Shown one piece after another: positions 31,511 through 44,235 of a stretch of 64,000 bases of DNA. Where the stretch lies: positions 1,054,001 to 1,118,000 of the forward strand of contig CP120457.1 of NCBI GenBank assembly GCA_034226945.1. Reading direction: 5' to 3'. This stretch comes from Picochlorum sp. SENEW3. Its lineage: Eukaryota. Every line of letters begins with the position of its first letter. The first letter of the stretch is position 1. Made by a program: the position numbers and the translations under genes. The notes under the pieces were generated by a model. The model was not told where the DNA came from. It ran no database searches and saw only the letters and a program-made list of their open reading frames with translations.

Positions 31511-33388
31511 ATGGCCACTGAGACGCAGAGCCTCCCTGCGACAACTGGGCAGGTGCAGCTACCTCCGAGGCAGGAAGCTGACGCACAGGAGACTCCCATC
31601 AGCTCGGTCTCGGATGCTGTGGAAGAAGAGGAAGATGTGGTGGAACACTTCGAAACCTTGGTGACAGATCTCGGCGAGGACAAGGCGGCATCGCTCCTAT
31701 CTTGCCTTGGAAATGTATTGGAACAACATTTCCACAGAGAGGAGACTGAGTTTGTCAGAATTGACTCACTTAAAAAGGTGTTGGAAGATATCGCCAGTGG
31801 TGCTCTATTTGAAGAGAGGGAGAGCAACTCCGATAGCGTAGAGGAGTACGGTATTGTTTTCAAGCATGCATGCAGACATTATGGATGTACGGATCAAAAA
31901 TGCATTCTTTGTTCCCAGTGCCAGGACAGGCGATGTTTGCAGAACTTTTCGAGCAAGTACGTTGTTGGTGATGCGTTGAGAGCCTTCTGTGGCGCCGACA
32001 TTGTCCTGGACGTTGTGCATGGAAAGACCCAAACATCCCTGTCTCCCGAGCAGATGAAACGAATATCGTTTAAAATTGGTATCTTGAGCAGTGAATGTTC
32101 CAGGGATGCATGCAAGGACAGATACATGCTCAATTCTTTGGTCATTCGGAGCACGCCGGATGGGTCCACCATTCTCAAGATAAATGACCAGCCTGCCCAA
32201 GATGGTTGGGTCCACCTTGACCCGACGAAGAACAAAATATCTGATATAAAAGTCTTGGGAAGCACAGAGTCAATGTTATCGGGAACAAAACCAAAGTTTT
32301 GCCTCGTCGTCGTGCCACGCATCCCGAAAGATATGAATGCACATATAGGCCTCCCAAAGTTTGCATTCAGTGAGCCTTTTGCCGTAACTTCTTTGCGGTC
32401 ACGATCCGTGTTCAAAGCTCATATTCCTCATGTTTGCGATCCCTTGTCAAAATTGAAGGCCTTGGGGAACGCATCACAGCTGAAATTGAAGAATTTGAGG
32501 CAGACAACTCAGGGCCATGGCATTGACGACTGCCCATTTCATTCTGTACAGACTGTGGGCGAGTATCGAGACTTGATATTATGGGCAGAAGAGGACGCTG
32601 TCCGAAGATCTAAGCTCAAAAAGGCACTTAATTTCACACGAGGCTGGGATGAGGCAAAGGAGCACGCCCTGAGGTCAGTGTGCGACGATTCTCTGGTCAG
32701 GCTCTGGCTTCCAGCAAAAGGCCAAAAGGGCCTGCTGTTCCCGTGTACAAACGCAATACCAGACTTTACACCGATTTCCTATATGATTTCAAAAGATGAT
32801 ATGTACTCAATCGTACATAAATCGCTGATTTCAAATCCGCATTTGGAGAAAGAGTATGGATATGACCATTCTCAGTTGATGGACATGGTGGAGGATGCAA
32901 AACGATGCTGGTTTTCGTCTGGGCATCCTGGATGGAGCATTATGCCTGTGGCTACAGGGAAATTTTCGGAGCTTTTGAGTGCAGAAAATGGGATTACAAA
33001 GATACCAGTGGATTTGGTCCTGAAAAAGGACACTGATCCTTTGAAGGGTTCGTTGGATGTTATGGCACATGTGGCTTGCGGCACTGTCCGATCAAGTAAA
33101 CGACCTCGTACAGCATTTGAGACTCCTCAAATCCAGCCTTTCGCTGGCATATCCTTCAAAAGTCCTTCAGATGACATGCTGCATGATATTTTCCTGGGTA
33201 CGTCGATGGACCAGGTCCTTAATGCAGGAGATCCACCCAGGTCACCACTAGGAAGCCTTGGAAGTCTAATCTTGCAAGAGGTGGGGAAGACTGATTCCGA
33301 GTCTACGCTGCATCAGTTTGCAGCGCGCAAGAAAAGTATCGACTTTTTAAAGTCTATTGATTTCGAAAAGAAGAAGTATCATGCTTGA
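31511..33388 (+). CDS. CBP60/SARD1-like (calmodulin-binding protein 60 family) protein
   Basis: SEPFAV..LR, IP...DPLSKLKALG, VQTVGEY, LKKAL...WDEAKEHA resemble the CBP60 conserved region. Confidence 0.6.
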   Translation: MATETQSLPATTGQVQLPPRQEADAQETPISSVSDAVEEEEDVVEHFETLVTDLGEDKAASLLSCLGNVLEQHFHREETEFVRIDSLKKVLEDIASGALFEERESNSDSVEEYGIVFKHACRHYGCTDQKCILCSQCQDRRCLQNFSSKYVVGDALRAFCGADIVLDVVHGKTQTSLSPEQMKRISFKIGILSSECSRDACKDRYMLNSLVIRSTPDGSTILKINDQPAQDGWVHLDPTKNKISDIKVLGSTESMLSGTKPKFCLVVVPRIPKDMNAHIGLPKFAFSEPFAVTSLRSRSVFKAHIPHVCDPLSKLKALGNASQLKLKNLRQTTQGHGIDDCPFHSVQTVGEYRDLILWAEEDAVRRSKLKKALNFTRGWDEAKEHALRSVCDDSLVRLWLPAKGQKGLLFPCTNAIPDFTPISYMISKDDMYSIVHKSLISNPHLEKEYGYDHSQLMDMVEDAKRCWFSSGHPGWSIMPVATGKFSELLSAENGITKIPVDLVLKKDTDPLKGSLDVMAHVACGTVRSSKRPRTAFETPQIQPFAGISFKSPSDDMLHDIFLGTSMDQVLNAGDPPRSPLGSLGSLILQEVGKTDSESTLHQFAARKKSIDFLKSIDFEKKKYHA

Positions 33389-33402
33389 CTTATCACATTG
33401 TA

Positions 33403-35849
33403 TTACAAATCTAGAATTGGTTGATAGATTGATCTTTGTGCATGGTCCCCTTTTTTCCTCTTGGACGATTGAATCATCCCAACAAATTGTAAATCTTGTA
33501 GGCTCTGAGAGAATCGGGCAATACATTCCCTCTTGGCTAAAGTCTCGCTCGTCTCAGCCTCCACACCACGAGCGTGTCTGCCTCCTTCAACAAACTCCTC
33601 AAAAGACAGGTACCAGTCTACCAGGTTGGAACATAACGGGTCCTCATCGAAAAGTGTGTATGCAATGCAGGTATCCTCTTCAACACAATTCGTTTCCATC
33701 GAAAGCCCGGACATTTTGTCAGGGTAGAATGCCTTGGGATGTCGAAGTGCACGATGAATATTTTTTCTCGTCGATGCTACTAAATATTCTCTCAAGGAGT
33801 TGGACTCGAGTGAGCAAGAGAACAACTCGGCGATCGGATGATCTAATGGAGAAACTCTGAGGGCGTCTTCGAAAAACTCGCACAAAGTGTTGATCCATGC
33901 CAATGCTCGCTGGGACGGTTGAGGATCCGCCCTTGCTGCCTGGTTTGGGCATGCTCCTTTGGCATCCGACAGCTGAGTGGCCTTGCTGCGTTTGTTCCCG
34001 AGATCCTTTGTGCTATTTCGCTTAGATTTTGCTGGAGGTTTGGACTTGTGTCTGTCACTTTCCTCGACAAGTTCTTCCTTACCTCTGGGCCCAGTCTCTT
34101 TGAGAGCTGACTGCAGATTCTCAATCATTTCGACAGCCTCAACAGGACACCATTCGGACTTTTTAAAACCTTTTTCGAATAAATCTTCGATGCCTTTTTG
34201 TAACATTTTGATATACCCGTCATCGAGCGCTTTCAATTTTGTCTGTAGATTGTCCAAGAGCCTAGGAAGCTGGACTGTTGCAAAATCCTCACTCAAGGCC
34301 GCTTCATAATTTCTCCAGCACGAAAACACTGAACACAGCAGGGGCGACAAAATGGTTAATATCGTCATCCATCTATTTTGCAAATCGAGATGGAGACAAG
34401 AATACAAAACTCAACCGCATAATACTTAAAGAATCACGTACAGGAGGATGCTTCAACAGCCTTTCCAGCATTCGTCAGCAACTCAAAAGCAAACTTCCAG
34501 GCCTCCCAAGTCTTTCTGAAATCACAGTACAATATGAAAAAATCTTCGGACCTATCATTCTTCGACTTTTTCTTCCTATTTCTGCTTCTGTCCTGATCAG
34601 ACCCATCTTTCAAATCTGCAAGAACCTCGTCAATCTCATCTCTGCTCTCAACACTGTCATATATCGCCTTCCATATACAATCCACCTCGTCTGTAGACAA
34701 CGAGCATACATGATTTTTAAACTCTTCCCTACTACCCAGAGAAGAGTACACGAGTGAAGGGCAGGGGTGATTGACCAAGGCATCTGCAGCTGCTAGTTTC
34801 ATTCCCCTGTAGATGGTACTGACTGTGAAATGGTGCAGAAAAAATGTATCCAGCAAAAAATGGAACGCTCTAAAGTGAAATAGAAGCCCGTGCCAATTTT
34901 TTACGAGAATATTCTCCACAAAGGATTCCAGCTGCATCATGGCAGGCGCCAAATCAAAGTTGTAGCATGTGAGACACCTATCGATATATGTGTGCGGCAA
35001 TGCATCTACAAGTGTCTCACTGGTCGTCGTCAGCCCCAACAACAAGAGATGAGGAATAGAGGAATAGCGCTCGTACAAGACATGGATAAAATCTTGTAGG
35101 GCTTCCGATCGCGTCGTCTCCACCGATTCCACAATGATGACCAGTGGCTGGGTTTCTCTGCCTTTCTTTCCTCTGGCATACTTTTCATACCATCCCACCA
35201 AATCGTCCATGGTGAAATAGTCCTTTTCTTCATCCAGATAGTCCGATATATCTTCCCCTTCTTTTCGCATCTGGTCCAGCATCTTTGCCAGTGTGAAGGA
35301 CAATGTCTTTCCTGTGAATGCCAATGGCGACAACAGTGCCACTCTGCATCCACTTGACTCCAAGTACTGTTTCAGTGCGGGAAAAATCCGCGAATGATCC
35401 GCCGAGTTCACACCGCCAGCAAACACAAGTCCTGTTAGTATTGTGCTGTCAAAATCGCTCGGATGGCGCCTCGCTGACCGCTTAGCAAGGTTTAAGACTC
35501 CCTCAAACACATGCTCATCAGCTCGTTGCATATTCAGTTTGACACTCTCTTCCAAACGGTCGAGGAACCCGTCAAAGTCAATCCCATTTCCTATTTTCGC
35601 CTTATTCCCTGATTTCTTCTTGCCTCTTCGAGTGGCTGATGTCGAGACCCCCTGTAAACACAGTTCGTCAAACAGCTCCTCCTCCACCTGGCTCTCCCCT
35701 TCCTTTGCCTCCGCACCCTGCCCTCCTCGCCTTGTACTCAGCTTTCGCTTTCCTCTATGTATCACTATAAAAGGAGAGTCCTCAAGGTGATCGTCCTCAA
35801 AGGTTGCCTCGTCAACAGCGCCGGGTTGAAGTCGATTCAGTATGTCCAT
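33403..35849 (-). CDS. ORC3: Origin recognition complex subunit 3; intron 34329-34441
   Basis: GGVNSADH, PLVIIVESVE, LLLGLTT; C-terminal EDTCIAYTL...NLVDWYLSF...ARF..SLQDLQFVGMI winged helix. Confidence 0.9.
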
Positions 35850-36237
35850 TCTAGTGCCACGGCCCGATCACTGTCCACTCCCTCTTCTTGATAAATACCG
35901 CCTGTTATATTATTTGATTCACAAGAGGCCTCCAGCCAAGTACTCTGGAGTATCAGATCTGATTCGAAGGTTTTAAATTCAAATTCAATCAAATTCAAAA
36001 TTCAACCAAACTTTTGCCAAATTGTCTCAATTACGGACGACACTGAGATTTACACACATCCCGGTAGGATGGATGTCAAAAGCCAACGCTCTGTCCATTG
36101 GGAGAACACATTCTTTATTCTTCTGGTTGTGCGTGTTGCCCACCGAGGACCTAGATTATTGCCATTGTGAAGTCGTCTGAAACTTTTCTCTGGTCGGCAT
36201 GGCTGTCTGCGATACCGCATAGGGTTGCGACGATACG

Positions 36238-37497
36238 ATGGTGAATTTATTGGAATTGGCAGAATTAGCTGCACGTCCTGTCATCGTGACTGGGCTGTTG
36301 GCCTCAGCTGGCGCACTCTTGTCCAAAAAGGGTATTTTGACACACCCTGCTGGGACAGCCACGCTAGCGGGATGTTGCTTCTATTTGTTCATCCCTGCGC
36401 TGACATTTAGTAATCTTGCATCAAGCGTCACCGTGTCAAAGATTGTCCACCTTCTGCCCCTGATGATCAACATGACGATGTGCGTTTTGGTGGGCCTGGT
36501 TTTAGGATATTTAACAAGCCATATCATGGGCGTGGAAAAAGAGAATCGCAATGTTATCGTTTCCGTAATAGGCTTCAAGAACGTAGGAAACCTTCCGTTG
36601 GTTTTTATTCCCTCAATGTGCACTGGATCAACAATCTTCACCAAGTTTCTTGGAGACAGCTGTACAAGGGTTGGTATGAGTTACGTTGCTATTGATATTT
36701 GCATTGCAACCTTGCTCCAATTTACGATTGCCATACAGCTTTTGAAAAAGAGAGATTTTGTGGAGCAAAACATTGATAGGCATGAATCCTTGCAGCCTCT
36801 CTTATCTGTAGGGTCCTCTGGGGTGATTGAACTCCAGCAAGCGTGGACTCGAGAGGAGGAGGAGGAGGAGGAGCCCTTTCCTGTGCAGAATGCAACCACG
36901 GATGAACGGGCACTGGATAACGACCTTGATGGTGAACCAGATGCAATGAATCTATGGGATTGTCTGAAAGGGATCAATTGGAAACAACTGTTTCCCCTGC
37001 CATCTCAAGCAGCGCTTGCTGGGTTGCTGTTTGGGTGCATATCACCTTTGAGGTCGCTGCTCTACGGACCCACTCCCGTGCTGGCTCCAATAGCAGAAGC
37101 TTTGGACCTCCTTGGGCAGGGGGTGATTCCTGGAGCCATACCTCTTCTTGGATCTGTTTTGAGTAAGGGTCCTGGAGACTCAAAAATGCCCATCTCACAA
37201 ATTCTTGGCACTGTCTTTGTGAGTTTGGTCATCCAGCCCTGGGTGTTATCGGGATTGGTCGTCCTTTTTGTGAAGATTGGGCTTTACACTGCTCCCGATC
37301 CAATGTTTTTGTTCGTCATGATGCTCGCAAACTCGACACCAGGTGCAGTAAACTTGCAAACCATGACGATTCTGTTCAATAATCGTGCCGAGGAGATGGC
37401 ACAAATATTGTTTTGGTCATATGTCTCAGCACTTCTTGTCCTGCCAGTGAATGTAGCATTATTCATTCAAATTATTACATGGTTTTTTCCTCAATGA
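36238..37497 (+). CDS. PILS: PIN-LIKES / AEC-family membrane transporter
   Basis: LFIPALTFSNLA, NVGNLPLV, LGQGVIP...LLG, TPGAVNL; ~10 TM segments. Confidence 0.85.
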   Translation: MVNLLELAELAARPVIVTGLLASAGALLSKKGILTHPAGTATLAGCCFYLFIPALTFSNLASSVTVSKIVHLLPLMINMTMCVLVGLVLGYLTSHIMGVEKENRNVIVSVIGFKNVGNLPLVFIPSMCTGSTIFTKFLGDSCTRVGMSYVAIDICIATLLQFTIAIQLLKKRDFVEQNIDRHESLQPLLSVGSSGVIELQQAWTREEEEEEEPFPVQNATTDERALDNDLDGEPDAMNLWDCLKGINWKQLFPLPSQAALAGLLFGCISPLRSLLYGPTPVLAPIAEALDLLGQGVIPGAIPLLGSVLSKGPGDSKMPISQILGTVFVSLVIQPWVLSGLVVLFVKIGLYTAPDPMFLFVMMLANSTPGAVNLQTMTILFNNRAEEMAQILFWSYVSALLVLPVNVALFIQIITWFFPQ

Positions 37498-37597
37498 CAA
37501 AATTATTTTATTGTATATTCGTTTTGTAATGGAAATGCAAAAACAGAACAATCAAAATCAATGACAAAATTTACCGCAGGCAAAAGTGGTGTGTGCT

Positions 37598-39452
37598 CTA
37601 TGCAACTTGGCTTTTCTTTCTAGACTTTGCGCTGAGCGTTTTTGATGGCATGATATTAGCACTCTCAGAGTGTGCTGCTTCCAAAGAAGGAGCGTCCAAC
37701 AAATCCCCAAACGCCTGTCTCGCAACGGCGAGAACCGCTCTACGGCCCTCATTGACACCACTCAGCAGGGTGGGAACGTCAGTGCACAATGGAGAGAATG
37801 ATGAAGCGTGTGACGAAGGGTATATGGGCAGCACATGTGTTCCTGCGAACCATGGGAGTTTGTGTGATTCTTCGTCCAAAGATCTGAGAAGAATATCATC
37901 ATTGCTGATCCCATCCATGACAAGATGCTTCACGCTAGCCCTCCATGCGTCCACCATGTAATCTGGATTCATCACTGCTTTTTTAATCGCTGCCTCCAGA
38001 GCATCAGCGAGAGCTTTGTCAATCGCAGATTTACGGACAGGTGCAGGTCGTGTGCACAGCACAACGACATGAGTGCAGCCATCAGCAATGGCCGACCTGA
38101 ATGGCACCGCTTCAAACACTGCTGCATCAACCAGCCTGTGTCCTCGATGCTCAACCGGCCCACCAGCGACTTGAGGGACATTGGCAGATGCCCTCAGACA
38201 CTCTATCAAATCCTCCTTGTTTCTGAACTCTTCCAAGAGGACGGGAGACAAGGAATCCAGAGAGGATGCAACCACCTTCAGTGGTATGGGGGACTCGAGC
38301 ACAGCGTCAAAGTCCAGAGGCAATACTTCCTGAATCACATGGTCTAATAGAAACTCCAGGTTCAGAGCTGCAGGTGTTCCTGGCTTCCTATTGATGAGCC
38401 TCTTGAGGTCTATAAAGTCCGGTGAGGCAATATGCTGGTGATAAATGTCAACACCATCCCGTTGCCCGGACAGAAAATATGTGCTATTGATGGCGCCAGC
38501 TGATGATCCATACACGGCGTCGAACACATTTTGAAGTCCAAGCTCGCTCAAGGCCATCAAGGCACCTCCGCTCACACAGCCTCTCATACCCCCTCCTTCG
38601 ACCACAAGCCCCAGTTTGAAAGGGTCTGCCCTGTTCCCCGGAAGGGATCCAGATTCGATTCTAGATCTCATAAGATCGAGGGATGCATGGTCCTTTCGGA
38701 TAGGAGGCGAATCTATGATGGCAACATTGCCCCTTCTCTTGCTCATCCTCCTATACTGTCTAGCACTGGGTTGCGAGCCGTCCCTGCTCAAGTACCCCAT
38801 CCGTTGCGCCTCCTCCGCTGCCGCTACAAACGTATCATTGCTAGGAATGTCATCCATGTACATTTGAGCCGCAGCATACCCCAAGACCGATGCGTCACCT
38901 GCTGACTCCACCCCATAATGTGTGGATGCCATGCCGTCACCCATGAACAGATCCTCATCCGCTGACCCGGCATCCAGCCTGCTTGCCAGAGGAATTTGAT
39001 CCTCGCCTTTCTTCCCCAACAATCCTCGACGACGCTGCGACCTCGCCCCCCAACCAGGAAGCCATTTCCTGATCAAACTCTTCTTCCCAGACCTGCTCGG
39101 CCCTGCATCAGCATCCTTGTTCGTCTCCGAGGTACCCTTCAGTACACCATTCTGCACACAGCATTGTTTTCTCATATCACTATCAAGGAACTCATGCCCT
39201 CGTAACAAAGACTCCATACCAAACGCGTACCTCTTCGTTCGTGACAGAATTCCAAGACACGCTGCCACGCTCACCGCCTCCTCGGTGGGCCTCACACCTC
39301 GCGAGCGAATATTTTATATGCCATATCTGACAATTGAGGCGTGGCAATGGAGCTCCAGACGCTGTGCGACCGCGTCCACGACCAAACTGCCCTGACTGCT
39401 TTCTGGAAGGCCCCTTCGCCAATGGCTTGGCATTCGACAAAAGAGCCGCCAT
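37598..39452 (-). CDS. Patatin-like phospholipase; intron 39152-39230
   Basis: EGGGMRG, GSSAG nucleophile elbow, LRASANVP, LVDAA. Confidence 0.88.
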
Positions 39453-39862
39453 ATATATCCCTATTTATATGAATGTACACACGTTATCGGTCTATTGAGG
39501 CGTCTTTTCTGTACAAAACCGAGTGCCTCAACTCCCACTACAGGTGAGTCAATAACACCAACACCATGAGATTTCCTACGTGTACGAGTCCACGTGTAAT
39601 AAATTTATTTGAATGCAACAGCAACCACAAAAGATGCTGTTGTACTGGGATATAGAGCACATTCTACGAGTGAAATCGGAGGATTGCCATTTCACCATCA
39701 ATGGCTGGCTTTGATGGTACAACATTGTCAATGCGATGCTTTGACTGGGCCCTGGGCCTTTCAAACCTCGTGCATCAAAGTGCAGTGCTCTTACCCTGCT
39801 CAAACATTCTTTGTGTACAAAAAGGAGTTGTCTGGTTAGAATTGAGGTTTCAAATTGACAGC

Positions 39863-41497
39863 ATGAGACGAAATGCTACTCTGATCTTCCTGGCGTGTGC
39901 CGTCCTGCTGATCGCAGGAAGGTCTGCCGCAGATGACGTGGACGAGAAGGATGTTGTTGTCCTTGGAGACAAGAATTTCACGGAAGGATTGAAGCAGAGC
40001 AAGTTCGCACTGGTACGTGCTGACCCAATCGGTTCGCTGCCTTTGACTCTGATGTCCTCGAATAGATCAGGGGACCCTGTGTTCCCTTGTGGTAGACATA
40101 GGGGACTGATGTGATTGAACATTATCTTTTTATTCCTATAGGTGGAGTTTTATGCCCCATGGTGTGGACACTGCAAGAATTTGAAGCCGGCCTATGCCGA
40201 GGCAGCTACCAGGCTCAAGGACGAGCTCAAGGACGTTGACGTCATCCTCGCCAAAGTCGATGCAACCGTTGAGAAGACGGTGGCCCAGGAGCACGATGTG
40301 AAGGGATTCCCAACGCTCAAATGGTTTGTGGATGGAACTCCAATCGACTACACCGGAGGCCGCTCCGCAAGTGAAATTGTCAACTGGATCAAGAAGAAGA
40401 CTGGGCCTGCTGCTGCCGTGGTCGACTCGGCCGAGGCTCTGGAGAAGGCACAGAAGGACGAAGTGGCCGCGTTCGTGTATGTTGAGAAGGAGGAGGGAAA
40501 AGAGTATGATGCATACATGTCTCTTGCCAGCAAGACAGAGGACACTGGATTCTACATCGTGAAGGATGCTGAACTTGCCAAGAAGGTTGGTTTGACCAAA
40601 GCGCCAGGATTTGCTGTGTCTCGTAACTTTGCTGGTTTTGATGTGGAAGTGATTTCATCAGAATCAAAGGAGACTCCTGTGAAGTCTGCTGATGAGGAGG
40701 GCATTGCTGCCTTCCTCAAGGAAAACAAGCTGCCACCATACTTGGTGTTCAGCAAGGAGACAAGCCAGCGCATTTTCGGAAGCGGTATTGCGCATCAAAT
40801 TATCATTGCAGCTCCATCCGATGACTTGAAGAAGGGATCCGAGTTGATCAAGGCGATTGAGGGTGCCAAGGGCAACCGAGGAAAGATTGTCACTGTGCTG
40901 TCTGATATTTCTTCTGCAGATGCCTCTCCCGTGCTGGAGTTTTTCGGATTTGACAAGGCATCCAAGACCGCCATGGTGGCTGGCTTCCATGCTACTGGTG
41001 GCAAAAAGTACGCCTTCCCAGAGGGAGCGAAGATCTCTTCCTCTTCTTTGGAAGAGTTTGCTGAGAACGTCATTGCTGGAAAGGCTGATGCCATGACCAA
41101 GTCCGCAGAGATTCCATCCGAGCCATATGAGGAGGATGTGAGGGTGGTCGTCGGAAAGAACTTTGATGAGGTTGTCCTTGACCCAAAGAAGTTTGTGCTT
41201 TTGGAGGTGTACGCCCCTTGGTGTGGACACTGCAAGAAGCTGGCTCCAGTGTACTCCAAACTGGGTGCCTTGTTCAAGGACAGTGACAAGGTGGTCATTG
41301 CCAAGATGGATGGCACCGAAAACGAAGTTCCCCATGTGGAAGTGAAGGGATTCCCAACGATTGTGTACTTTGACGCCAAGGAGGGCGCCACTGCTGAGCC
41401 ATACCAGGGAGGCAGGGAGTTGGAAAACTTGCAAAAGTTTGTCGAGGACAAGGCAGGGGTGAAGGCTGAGGCTAAGGAACAGCACGAAGAGTTGTAA
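39863..41497 (+). CDS. PDI: Protein disulfide isomerase; intron 40013-40141
   Basis: Signal peptide, two WCGHC sites, C-terminal HEEL. Confidence 0.96.
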
Positions 41498-41539
41498 TAA
41501 TCTCCCACAGTTTGACAATATCATGTAAAAACCAAACAA

Positions 41540-43159
41540 TCACTTACTCATTTCAATCTCAATTTCTTTGAGGCTCTTGCCCTTGGTCTCGACCACTTGC
41601 TTTGACACAAAGATGACGGCCAGGGCACACACGACAGCGAAGAATGTGTACACTCCAGCCACACCAAACATACTCACAGCTGGCAAGAACATCTGACCCA
41701 CGAAAAAGTTGCAAACCCAGTGCGATCCCATGGCCAATGCCACAGCAGTTCCTCTGATTCTGTCCCCCGTGATTTCTGGCACCAGGAGCCCTGGAACAGG
41801 TCCAGCTCCAGCAGCAAAACAGAGAACGTACACCAAAGTCCCAAGCAGAGCAATAGCTCCAGCAATTGGAGCTAGTGAGGGAAGTGCCAAACCAAGGGAC
41901 ATGATGAGCATTGATAGCCCCATCCCTGTGAAACTCAATTTAAGCAACTGCTTTCTCCCAGCCCTGTCCATGAAAGAGGCAGCACCCACAGTACCAATCA
42001 CATTGATCAACCCCACGGCAGCACTTGCCAAGGCATCTGATGTGATCCCGGCAGACGCAAAAACAGAAGAGGAGAAAAAAACGATGGCATTGATGCCAGA
42101 AAATTGCTGGAGCAGAAACATGACAACACCTATTCGTGTACCCTTATTGCTGATCACCTCCTGCCAAGAGATGCGTGCATTTTCAGTCGCCTTCAACATT
42201 GCATTCTCCCCGGCACCCCCCAGCTGCGATGGGCCATCTGGGCCCCACAACTTCAGGGCCACATCTTCGGCTTCCTCTGTCTGACCCATGAGTGATAACC
42301 ACGATGGACTCTCCGGTGAAAATCCCATGCCAACTCCCAAGAGGACGGCCGGCACTGCCGCGATCAAAAACATTGTCCTCCACGAGGTAGCGGGAATGAA
42401 AACGTTTACCAGAAGAGCGGCAAGGATGCCGATACAGATCATCAACTGGTTGATGCTCCCCAAGGCCCCTCTCAAATGTGTGGGGGCCACCTCTGAAATG
42501 TACAGGGGAACCAAGGCGGAACTCAATCCGATTCCCAGTCCGATGATGGTTCGTCCTAAGATGATGGAGGAGATACCAGTAGCCATGGAACAAATCAAAG
42601 CTCCTGCCAACAAAGGTATGCAGTCCAAGAAAAAGGCCTTCCTGCGGCCGAGGGCATCTGCAAGTCCAGATCCCCCTAGTGATCCCACTGCCGCACCTGC
42701 AAGAGAGCTGCTGATCACTAGACCTTGAAGACTTGCGCTTTCCGCAAATCCTAGGTCAGCAGCAATGGTTCCCAATGGTCCATTCAGAACACCCAAATGA
42801 TACCCGAATGCAAAGGCACCACACGAGGCCACAGCAACAGCCAGGAACGCGGGCATCAGGTTGACCTTTGCCATGCCTGCATCGCCAGCATACGCATGTC
42901 GAGAAACATTTGATTTTCGTAATGGAGACATGGACCCGTCGTTTGAAGTCCAACGCCCCGTTCCAAAGAGATCTCCCTCGGCACCAAACCTTTTAGACAG
43001 GTTCATTCGTTTGCTTTCCAAACCCTGGTTCAAAACTCTCGACAAGGGTGTCAGAGAAGCACGGGTACAATATGAGCGTAAATTCCGTCTGCTATCACGA
43101 TGCGATGACGATGCAGCGAAAGAGCGCGCTGCTGAACTCTTCAATCTCAACGTTGTCAT
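41540..43159 (-). CDS. Plastidic glucose transporter (MFS sugar porter)
   Basis: Transit peptide, FGYHLGVLNG, PLYISEVAP..LRG, QQFSGINA, VETKGKSL. Confidence 0.9.
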   Translation of the reverse strand: MTTLRLKSSAARSFAASSSHRDSRRNLRSYCTRASLTPLSRVLNQGLESKRMNLSKRFGAEGDLFGTGRWTSNDGSMSPLRKSNVSRHAYAGDAGMAKVNLMPAFLAVAVASCGAFAFGYHLGVLNGPLGTIAADLGFAESASLQGLVISSSLAGAAVGSLGGSGLADALGRRKAFFLDCIPLLAGALICSMATGISSIILGRTIIGLGIGLSSALVPLYISEVAPTHLRGALGSINQLMICIGILAALLVNVFIPATSWRTMFLIAAVPAVLLGVGMGFSPESPSWLSLMGQTEEAEDVALKLWGPDGPSQLGGAGENAMLKATENARISWQEVISNKGTRIGVVMFLLQQFSGINAIVFFSSSVFASAGITSDALASAAVGLINVIGTVGAASFMDRAGRKQLLKLSFTGMGLSMLIMSLGLALPSLAPIAGAIALLGTLVYVLCFAAGAGPVPGLLVPEITGDRIRGTAVALAMGSHWVCNFFVGQMFLPAVSMFGVAGVYTFFAVVCALAVIFVSKQVVETKGKSLKEIEIEMSK

Positions 43160-43210
43160 CCCACCAAGACAGTCGATGAGAGTTTGTTGATTGTTCCTTT
43201 GTACAATTCC

Positions 43211-44176
43211 TTATAAATATATCTGACATCCGATTGGCAGGTGATCAGAGCAAAGTCTCTCATTCGGGATACCCTTGGATAGGATGTCCTCTGCAGTGCA
43301 TGGCTCAGGAACAGGGTCAAACACCCCACGCACTGACGTGGTCTGCGTTGCCCACAAAAAGTCCACCCTGGAGCCATGTTGGTTTCGAACATGCGTGAAT
43401 GGTGGATCAAAGTTGCTGGCAACGTAGACCTCTCGGAACGGTGAAAATGGATGCCTGAGTGTACTGATTCTGTGACCTTGCTGGTCATAGTGATCATGGT
43501 GGGATGCATCCAAGGTGGCATCGATTTTGCCCTGATCCAGATACGTGCAGGGCCCATCATGTATCTCCGAGTTGAAATCCCCTGCGACTATTACTTTTGC
43601 ATCTTTTGGGTCTCCCAGAGATACACCTACATGGTGGTGCAGTCGTTTCAAAGCCTTGTGAATCTGAGAGACTCTGCTTCCAGACTTCTCCGGCTTTCCT
43701 TCCAAATGCACATTTACAACATATAAGGACTTTTCCCCCTTTCGAAACTCGCAGAGTAACGTCCGACTGCGCTCTTCTGACCATTGCAGCAAGATGTGCT
43801 CCCGTTTGAAAAAGCAAGCCAAAGGTACCTTGTGGGCCTTTGTCGACTGATGCACGCCACTATACCCTTGCTCTTGCATGAAGCCATTCAAACGATCCCA
43901 TTCGACAATCGCTGCTTCTTGGAGGCAGACAATATCTGCATCGAAACTGTTGATTTCGTCCTGAAAGCATCTGAAACGGTGGTTCGGTTCCAAAAACTCG
44001 GTCGGCACCTGGGGGAATCTCGAAGGCGTGCAGAACATGTCACACAGAATATTATAGCTCACCAAGGTTACTGTATTCGGGGGGGATGGTTTCTTTTCCC
44101 CTCTATGGAGCACTCGAGAGAGTGGGGAGCTCCCTGCTGAAGTCGCGTGCACGAAAACTGCCCTGCGACACGCCAT
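43211..44176 (-). CDS. EEP-family (CCR4/nocturnin/PDE12-like) phosphodiesterase
   Basis: SYNIL, DIVCLQE, NVHL, AGDFNS, VDFLW, SDHLP. Confidence 0.9.
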   Translation of the reverse strand: MACRRAVFVHATSAGSSPLSRVLHRGEKKPSPPNTVTLVSYNILCDMFCTPSRFPQVPTEFLEPNHRFRCFQDEINSFDADIVCLQEAAIVEWDRLNGFMQEQGYSGVHQSTKAHKVPLACFFKREHILLQWSEERSRTLLCEFRKGEKSLYVVNVHLEGKPEKSGSRVSQIHKALKRLHHHVGVSLGDPKDAKVIVAGDFNSEIHDGPCTYLDQGKIDATLDASHHDHYDQQGHRISTLRHPFSPFREVYVASNFDPPFTHVRNQHGSRVDFLWATQTTSVRGVFDPVPEPCTAEDILSKGIPNERLCSDHLPIGCQIYL

Positions 44177-44235
44177 TTTGTCAGTCTTTTGTCCGCTGCA
44201 TTGTCTGAAATTAAATATATATGTATAGGAATAAT

